Under the pieces are notes generated by a model. The model did no database searches and had not been told where the DNA came from. It saw nothing but the letters and a program-made list of their open reading frames with translations. A DNA stretch of 64,000 nucleotides. Source: Candidatus Multivoradales bacterium. GTDB lineage: Bacteria; Acidobacteriota; Thermoanaerobaculia; Multivoradales; JAHEKO01. The stretch is taken from NCBI GenBank assembly GCA_965223155.1, contig CBDCVR010000014.1, forward strand, positions 736,001-800,000. The letters are read 5' to 3'. This document shows, piece by piece, positions 58,197 to 64,000 of this stretch; the first letter of the stretch is position 1, and the number at the start of each line of letters is the position of its first letter. The translations under genes were made by a program, and so were the position numbers.

Positions 58197-58228
58197 CAGG
58201 GCGGCCACCCGTCTAGGCGGCCGCCCTG
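58197..58228. terminator. GC-rich inverted repeat between lipoprotein genes (possible terminator or mRNA-stabilising hairpin)
   Basis: CAGGGCGGCC...GGCCGCCCTG; no long U-tract. Confidence 0.4.
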
Positions 58229-58260
58229 GAGTACGAAGCGAGACCGTGCTCTGACGGACT

Positions 58261-59337
58261 CTAGACGACCCCCCCGCCACCATCATCACCACCGCCGGCA
58301 GTGGGATCCTCGACACAGGTCGGAGCTGCCGGTTGGACCAGGAAGGCATCAGCGATCGTGTCGGTGCTGACGCCCTTGACTTCGACGGTAAGCGACATAG
58401 CAGTTGGAATCTCAATGACTCCACCTCCGGAACCAGGCTCCTCTCCCGCCAGATCACATGGCTCAGTTTCGAACTCCACGTCTGACGGAACTCGCGCGAC
58501 GATTCGTGTCGAAGTCACCGAAATAACTTCCATCAGAATACCGCCGAGAAAAACCCGAACCGGGATGTCAAAGCCGACCCCGTCGATCGTGATCGTCGTA
58601 CCGATCGGCCCGCTCCTTGGAGAATAGGCGGTAATGAAGATGTCCTCGATGATCCGAATCGCCTGGATCGCCTTGTCGAACTCCTCGCCCCGAAAGACGG
58701 TCAGCTCGACCACGAAGTCTCCGGAGGTGGCGTAGATGTGGAAGGGATGCTTCTCGTTGCTGGTGGCGCCGTCGCCGAAGTCCCACAGGTAGCGGTCCGG
58801 GTTGCCGGTCGAGGTGTTGACGAACTGGACCGAGAAGTTGTCGGTGGTGTTCTCGGTCGAGAAGGCCGCGGCCAGGGGCGGCAGCTCGTCCAGGATCGGC
58901 ACCGAGATCTGGGCCGCCGACTCCTCGAGCTGGGCGGTCAGGATGGCGGTACCCGCGGTAACCCCCGGATAGAGAAGCACCGAAGCCAAACCGTTGACGG
59001 TGCTGAGTGCCGCCGAGGACAGACCGCTACCGAAGCTTCCGAACTCGCCCAGCGAGGTGCTGATGACGATGGTCGTGCCATTGGGCGGCGGTGTCCCGGT
59101 GCCGGCCTGGCGCACGCGGACGGTGACCGTCGCCGGTCCGCCGTTGGCGAAGAGCTCGGGCTCGTCGATCGAGATCGAGATCGACCAGGCCGCGCTGGGA
59201 GCGCCCGAGCCGGGCGGGATCGGCTGCTGCGTAGGCGCGGTCGGCGAATCCGTCGAGCAGCCCAGGCCCACAACCAGCAGCAGGAGCGGCAAGGCCCCGA
59301 GGATCGCCGTATTCTTGAGTCGTTCCGAAACGTTCAT
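58261..59337 (-). CDS. lipoprotein with Big-1-like, PKD and IPT/TIG domains
   Basis: VGLGC lipobox; YLWDFGDG..HIY PKD; SPRSGPIGTTITIDGVGF IPT. Confidence 0.82.
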   Translation of the reverse strand: MNVSERLKNTAILGALPLLLLVVGLGCSTDSPTAPTQQPIPPGSGAPSAAWSISISIDEPELFANGGPATVTVRVRQAGTGTPPPNGTTIVISTSLGEFGSFGSGLSSAALSTVNGLASVLLYPGVTAGTAILTAQLEESAAQISVPILDELPPLAAAFSTENTTDNFSVQFVNTSTGNPDRYLWDFGDGATSNEKHPFHIYATSGDFVVELTVFRGEEFDKAIQAIRIIEDIFITAYSPRSGPIGTTITIDGVGFDIPVRVFLGGILMEVISVTSTRIVARVPSDVEFETEPCDLAGEEPGSGGGVIEIPTAMSLTVEVKGVSTDTIADAFLVQPAAPTCVEDPTAGGGDDGGGGVV

Positions 59338-59347
59338 GATTCCGCTC

Positions 59348-59914
59348 CTACGGGGTGATCGTCAGGGTGAAAGATGCCGGCTCGGTCGCAACCGCGTCAC
59401 CTGACACGGTGCGCCCGAAGAACCTAAGGTGGAAGTTGAGGACGATCGTGGTGTCGCCCGTTTCCTTGTCGAAGCCGCCGTTCTGGAACAGGAGATCGGA
59501 CAGAGGCTTGGCGGTGAACTGTTCGGGCGCCATGATCGGCAGGTTGTTGTAGGTGATGGTGCCGCCCGGCGGTACCTCGCCGAAGATCCCACGCACGAAG
59601 GGAACCGGCACGATAGTGCCGTTGTCGCCCCGGGTGTAGCGCACCTCATAGGAGTCGATCTCGACGTTCATGAGCGAGCTGGGGGTGATGTCCAGATTCT
59701 TGACGATGCTCGTCACCTGCAGCTCTTCGACCTGGACGAAGCCCCCGGCCGAGGTGTTGACCGAGACCGAAATTGGCAGACCGTCGAAATCCGAGATCGA
59801 CAGCAAGATGCCCCCGCCGTCGGTCCGCTCCGTCCGGCTTTCGCAGCCAACGAGGCCGACCGTTCCGACAATCAGAAGGGCCAGAGTGGCTAGTCGTATC
59901 GCTTTCATCTTCAT
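59348..59914 (-). CDS. hypothetical lipoprotein downstream of pilQ
   Basis: MKMKAIRLATLALLIVGTVGLVGC lipobox; beta-rich body. Confidence 0.75.
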   Translation of the reverse strand: MKMKAIRLATLALLIVGTVGLVGCESRTERTDGGGILLSISDFDGLPISVSVNTSAGGFVQVEELQVTSIVKNLDITPSSLMNVEIDSYEVRYTRGDNGTIVPVPFVRGIFGEVPPGGTITYNNLPIMAPEQFTAKPLSDLLFQNGGFDKETGDTTIVLNFHLRFFGRTVSGDAVATEPASFTLTITP

Positions 59915-59944
59915 CGTCGTTCCCTTTTTCCTGCTCGCCACGGC

Positions 59945-62614
59945 CTAGAGCTTGACGACTCGCGGCGTAATGAAAATGAGCAGCTCTTCGTTCTCGTCGT
60001 TCCGGCGCTTGTTCTTGAACAGGTGCTTCAGGATCGGCACGTTGGCCAGACCGGGGACACGGTCCTCGCCCTGGTCACTCGTGACTTCATAGAGGCCGCC
60101 GATAACGGTGGTACCGCCGTCCCGGACGATGACCCGGGTCTTGGCGTCCTTGGTGGCGATGGGCGCGTTCGTGGCCCCGACCACGGCGAAGGCGAGCTGC
60201 GGCTCGCGCTTCTGAATGTCGATGTCCATGAGCACCGTGCCCTCGGCGGTCACATGCGGTGTGACGTCGAGCCGCAGGGTCGCATTGACGAATTGAACGC
60301 TCACGGTGTTGTTGGCGATGGTCTGGACCGGGATCTGGAGACCGCTTTGAATCGACGCCTGCTCGTTGTTGAGGGTCGTGATGCGCGGCGCCGACAGGAT
60401 GTTGATCAGACCCTCGGTCTCGGCGGCCTGGAGGATCACGTCGAGATTGAACGTGTTGAGAACGTTGCCAAGCGTAATGTCCAGAAAGCCACTGCGGCCG
60501 CCGGTCAGAAGCTGAACGCCGCCGTCGGCGGTGCCATTGTTCGGAAAGACCAGCCCCGTCGTGTTGCCGCGCTCGGCGCTCGAGATGCCGCTAAAGCCCC
60601 AGTTGATACCAAGGGTCCGGCTGAAGCGCTTGGTGGTCTCGATGATCCGTGCCTCGATCGTGACCTGAGGCTCCGGAATGTCGAGGTTCTCGATGACCGC
60701 GACCACGGTGTCGATCTGCGAGGGCAGCTCCTTGATGATCAGAGTGTTTGTGCGGTTGTCAACGATGACCGAACCACGCTCGCTCAGAATGCTGGAACCG
60801 ACCCCACCGCCCAAGATGCCCGCGATGTCACCAGCCGTGGCGTAGCTGACCCGGCGCAGGATGGTCTTGAGCGGAATCGCGAGGGCCTTGGCGGCCTCGA
60901 GACGCGCCCGCTCGGCGGCCTCCTGGCTCAGCACCGCGATCGGCGCGATGCGCATGATGTTGCCCTCGAGCTCGTAGTCGAGGCCGTTGATCCTCAAGAT
61001 CTGGTTGAGCGCCTGATCCCAAGGCACGTCAGTGAACTCGACGGTCACGGTGCCGGTAACCCCGGGCTGAACAATGACGTTGAGGCCGCTGATCTGCGCG
61101 AACGAGCGCAGGACATCCTTGATGTCGGCGTCCCGCAAAGTCAGCGTCATGGGCTCGCCGTAGTACTCGGTGACTCCCGAGATGGTGACATCCCGGGCTT
61201 CGAAGGCGGACTCCGGCTCGGTGGGTTCCTGAGAAAGATCGACCGAGACGTCGAAGAGAGACGCCGAGGGCGGCGTCTCGGCCATGGCCGCCTCACCGGC
61301 GTCCACGGAGTACTCCTCGACCGGAGCTGCCTCGGCCGGTTCCGGCTGCATGGGCTCGTTGTAAACCGGTTCGACGCGGGCAACCTCGACCGGCTCGTCG
61401 GGCTGGTCGTGTTCATAGGCCTCGTAGGACGGGGCCGGCTCGTCCACTTCGTCTGCCGCGGCCGGCTGCGGCGGCGCGGGCGGATCGTAGGTGTAGGCGG
61501 GCTCGATGTCGATGGCTTCGGCGACCGGCTCGACCTCGTAGGTCTCGCTCACTTCGGCGGCGTCCTCGACCACTTCTTCGACCGCCTGTTCGAGGGCCTC
61601 GGCTTCGGAGCTGTCTTCAAGCTCGGCACCCGCTTCGGCCAGGGTCACCGCGGCCGGCGCGACCGCAAACGTCAGCTTGAGCCCATCCGGCGTGGCTTCG
61701 ACTTCGGGCGCCACCGGATCCACGAGATCGATCACGACTCGCGAAACCAGCTCGGGCTGGGGCTTGTATTGGGCCACCCGCACACCGTCCACGACCTGTC
61801 CCTGGACGGCGATCGACGACACCGGCGAGGTGTTGACGACGCCAATCAAGTCGACGACAAAGCGATAGGGCTCCGACAGCGGAAACGTCGAGTAGTAGAA
61901 CGCGCCGTCCCCGGCGATCCAGATGACCGTCGAGCCTTCACCGGTGGTGACGTCGACTCCCTGAAGCTGGGTCGCGGGCACGCCTTCCGGGGTCTCGCCG
62001 AAGTCGGGATCGTCCGGCGTTCCGGCGCCCTGGAAGAGGGCTGCCGTGCGGACATGAGCACTTCCCAGTCCGGTGGAAGCCACGGTTGCGGTGCTCACCG
62101 GCGTCCCCACGGGATAGGCCGACTCGAAGGCCGCTCCCACGGGATCCAACTCGACGATCAGACGCTCTCCGCGCGGCACGACCGCATGCTCTACCGGGGC
62201 CGCGGTGTCGATGACCAGCCGGCTCAGCGGACGCTCGCCGGCGGCCGCGACCGTAATGACGGCCGAGCGCACCAGCCTGTCGGACAGGGTCCTCGAAGCG
62301 ATGGCGTCGCTGGGGGCGGCGTTGGGCAGCTCGAGCACGAGGTTGCCGCTGCTATCTCGGAAGCTGGTCCAGATGACCGGACCGCTGCTGGCGATCTCGA
62401 TCCTGCGCACGTCGCCTTCCCGCTCCAGTTCGAAGGACATGATTTCCCGCACCGCGGCGATGTCGAAGGCGTCCGACGCACCGGCGTCCGCTCCCCCTCG
62501 CTTCGCCGCCTCGGCGACGGTAGCGCCGAAAATCGTGGCCGCGAGCAGCGCGGGCACTCCCACATGCCACGCCCTCGACACGGCTGCGTTGTCTCCTTTG
62601 TTCTGACTTAGCAT
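59945..62614 (-). CDS. pilQ: type IV pilus secretin with AMIN domains
   Basis: LRDADIKDVLR, DVPWDQAL, DNRTNTLII, LDIPEPQVTIEARIIE, LSAPRITT, VPGLANVPILKHLFK, ELLIFITPRV. Confidence 0.95.
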   Translation of the reverse strand: MLSQNKGDNAAVSRAWHVGVPALLAATIFGATVAEAAKRGGADAGASDAFDIAAVREIMSFELEREGDVRRIEIASSGPVIWTSFRDSSGNLVLELPNAAPSDAIASRTLSDRLVRSAVITVAAAGERPLSRLVIDTAAPVEHAVVPRGERLIVELDPVGAAFESAYPVGTPVSTATVASTGLGSAHVRTAALFQGAGTPDDPDFGETPEGVPATQLQGVDVTTGEGSTVIWIAGDGAFYYSTFPLSEPYRFVVDLIGVVNTSPVSSIAVQGQVVDGVRVAQYKPQPELVSRVVIDLVDPVAPEVEATPDGLKLTFAVAPAAVTLAEAGAELEDSSEAEALEQAVEEVVEDAAEVSETYEVEPVAEAIDIEPAYTYDPPAPPQPAAADEVDEPAPSYEAYEHDQPDEPVEVARVEPVYNEPMQPEPAEAAPVEEYSVDAGEAAMAETPPSASLFDVSVDLSQEPTEPESAFEARDVTISGVTEYYGEPMTLTLRDADIKDVLRSFAQISGLNVIVQPGVTGTVTVEFTDVPWDQALNQILRINGLDYELEGNIMRIAPIAVLSQEAAERARLEAAKALAIPLKTILRRVSYATAGDIAGILGGGVGSSILSERGSVIVDNRTNTLIIKELPSQIDTVVAVIENLDIPEPQVTIEARIIETTKRFSRTLGINWGFSGISSAERGNTTGLVFPNNGTADGGVQLLTGGRSGFLDITLGNVLNTFNLDVILQAAETEGLINILSAPRITTLNNEQASIQSGLQIPVQTIANNTVSVQFVNATLRLDVTPHVTAEGTVLMDIDIQKREPQLAFAVVGATNAPIATKDAKTRVIVRDGGTTVIGGLYEVTSDQGEDRVPGLANVPILKHLFKNKRRNDENEELLIFITPRVVKL

Positions 62615-62636
62615 GGACTCGCCTCCTGTCGCGAAG

Positions 62637-63200
62637 CTAGGGATCTAGCTCCTTGACCACCTCGCGGAACGGCTTGACCGCCGTTGGATCATCGACAATT
62701 TGTTTGAAGACCACCTCGGACGCGCTGATGCTGATGACGTCGCCGTCGTAGAGCTGGTCTCCCTCACGCAACAGATAGCTGGTCTCGGCCTCGGTCGAGC
62801 GAACCTGAGCCACCGGCCCCTCTCCGGTCACGAAGATTCCGGTCAGGTCGATCTCGTCGATCAACAGCCCTGGGATGCCCTCGGGCCGGGGACCGCGCAG
62901 CGCCGAGCGCTCGCGGACGATCAAGAGGGAGCGGAACGGATCGCGCCGCTCCCCGGGATCGTAGGTGTAGCCGTCACCCAGCAGCATCAGCTCTTCGTCG
63001 GCCAGCAGCGCGTCGGCCGGCATGCCGCCGTCGGCGCTATCTTCCATCCCGGCTTCCATCCCGGGCGCCGGATCATCGAGCGCGGCAATCTCGGCTCCAT
63101 CCGCCTGCTGGGCGGCAAGCGGCCGTTCACCGCCCACGCCCAGGGCGAGCCAGAAGATCGCGCCAGACAGCGAAAGAACCCAAAGCGCTCGACGGCTCAT
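62637..63200 (-). CDS. pilP: type IV pilus assembly protein PilP-like
   Basis: YDPGERRDPF motif; position between pilO and pilQ; ATG 63200 overlaps the pilO stop. Confidence 0.8.
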   Translation of the reverse strand: MSRRALWVLSLSGAIFWLALGVGGERPLAAQQADGAEIAALDDPAPGMEAGMEDSADGGMPADALLADEELMLLGDGYTYDPGERRDPFRSLLIVRERSALRGPRPEGIPGLLIDEIDLTGIFVTGEGPVAQVRSTEAETSYLLREGDQLYDGDVISISASEVVFKQIVDDPTAVKPFREVVKELDP

Positions 63201-63787
63201 GGCGTAGCGGTCTCCACCTCTTCGTCTTCCTTGTAGACGAAGGTCTTGGCCCGGAAGCTCGCGGTAATCGTGTGGTCCGACTCCGGCCCGGTCAGGGCGG
63301 CGACCCGCAAGTCCTCGATATTGATGATTCGGGAAAAGCGGCTCACCCGCTCGAAGAAGGTCGCCAGGTTGTGGTACGTACCCTCGAGCTGAATCGCGAT
63401 CGGCCACTCGCTGTAAAAATCCTGCTCGACGAAGTTGCCGGGCGTGAACTTGAGGAGATTAAAGTCTCCTTGCTCGGTGAGCGTGCGCACGCGGCGCATC
63501 AGCTCCGGAGTGTTCCGGCGCACCGGCAGGATCCGGAGCAGCTTGTCCAGCTCGAGCTCCAACTGCCGCACCTCTTCGCGAAAGCGAGGGAGCTGCTGCT
63601 GGGCGGCGCGGCCTTCCTGAATGCGAGCCTGGAGACTCGTCACCTCGGACCGGATCCGCTCGATCTTTTCCTTCTTGGGCTTCAGCAGAAAGCGGTTCGC
63701 ACCGAAGAGGAGAGCGCCCGCCACCACGAGACCGGCGATGGCACCGTAGTACCAAGGCTTGCCTTCGAGGCCGGTATCGAACGCCAT
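63197..63787 (-). CDS. pilO: type IV pilus assembly protein PilO
   Basis: N-terminal TM, coiled coil, LP....PELM, FYSEWPI..GTYHNLATFF..SRIINI. Confidence 0.92.
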   Translation of the reverse strand: MAFDTGLEGKPWYYGAIAGLVVAGALLFGANRFLLKPKKEKIERIRSEVTSLQARIQEGRAAQQQLPRFREEVRQLELELDKLLRILPVRRNTPELMRRVRTLTEQGDFNLLKFTPGNFVEQDFYSEWPIAIQLEGTYHNLATFFERVSRFSRIINIEDLRVAALTGPESDHTITASFRAKTFVYKEDEEVETATP

Positions 63788-63789
63788 GA

Positions 63790-64000
63790 CTATCCCTCCT
63801 CCACCTCGGAAGGCGTGTGCGTGAAGTTGAACCGCACCCGGAAACGGTACGAAGCGCCACTCGCCTGGGAAGCGTCCATCAGGATCGGCTCGTGGAACTC
63901 GGGCACCCGGTCCAGATTCTCGATGAAGTTCGCCACCGCGTTGGTATTGAAGGCCTGGCCGGTCAGGGTGACGTTGGTGCCGACCACCTCGAGGCGATCC
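63790..64000 (-). CDS. pilN: type IV pilus assembly protein PilN, C-terminal part (truncated by window)
   Basis: LTGQAFNTNAVANFIENL..F PilN-type motif upstream of pilO. Confidence 0.85.
   Translation of the reverse strand, partial: DRLEVVGTNVTLTGQAFNTNAVANFIENLDRVPEFHEPILMDASQASGASYRFRVRFNFTHTPSEVEEG

Overview
High-GC bacterial DNA. The gene content suggests Acidobacteriota (possibly Thermoanaerobaculia), which is an inference. The left part is a cluster of six secreted FG-GAP/ASPIC-UnbV (CRTAC1-like) genes plus a TPR gene. It is interrupted by a ~24 kb tandem triplication (~4.8-29.2 kb) of a two-gene operon. Gene A encodes signal peptide + 5 NBR1-Ig-like repeats + 2 IPT/TIG-like domains + a Cys-rich linker domain + a VARIABLE C-terminal domain (MepA-like Zn murein endopeptidase in copies 1 and 3, DUF3238-like in copy 2). 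Gene B overlaps A's stop codon and encodes signal peptide + a VARIABLE N-terminal domain (TolB-like beta-propeller after the MepA tips, HEAT repeats after the DUF3238 tip) + 4 Ig domains + a conserved duplicated C-terminal domain. The A tip and B head vary together as one cassette between conserved arms. This looks like a secreted polymorphic toxin/cognate-partner (immunity) system with an unusual architecture and is the best candidate for a novel system here. The right part is mostly housekeeping: CNNM/hemolysin, proS, an ECF sigma/anti-sigma module, cyclophilin, aroK, an NSS transporter, thiE, accCB, roadblock + TPR, three Ig-type lipoproteins and pilQPON. No rRNA, tRNA, CRISPR array, integrase or transposase was recognised. 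All domain calls are by eye from motifs, not from database searches.
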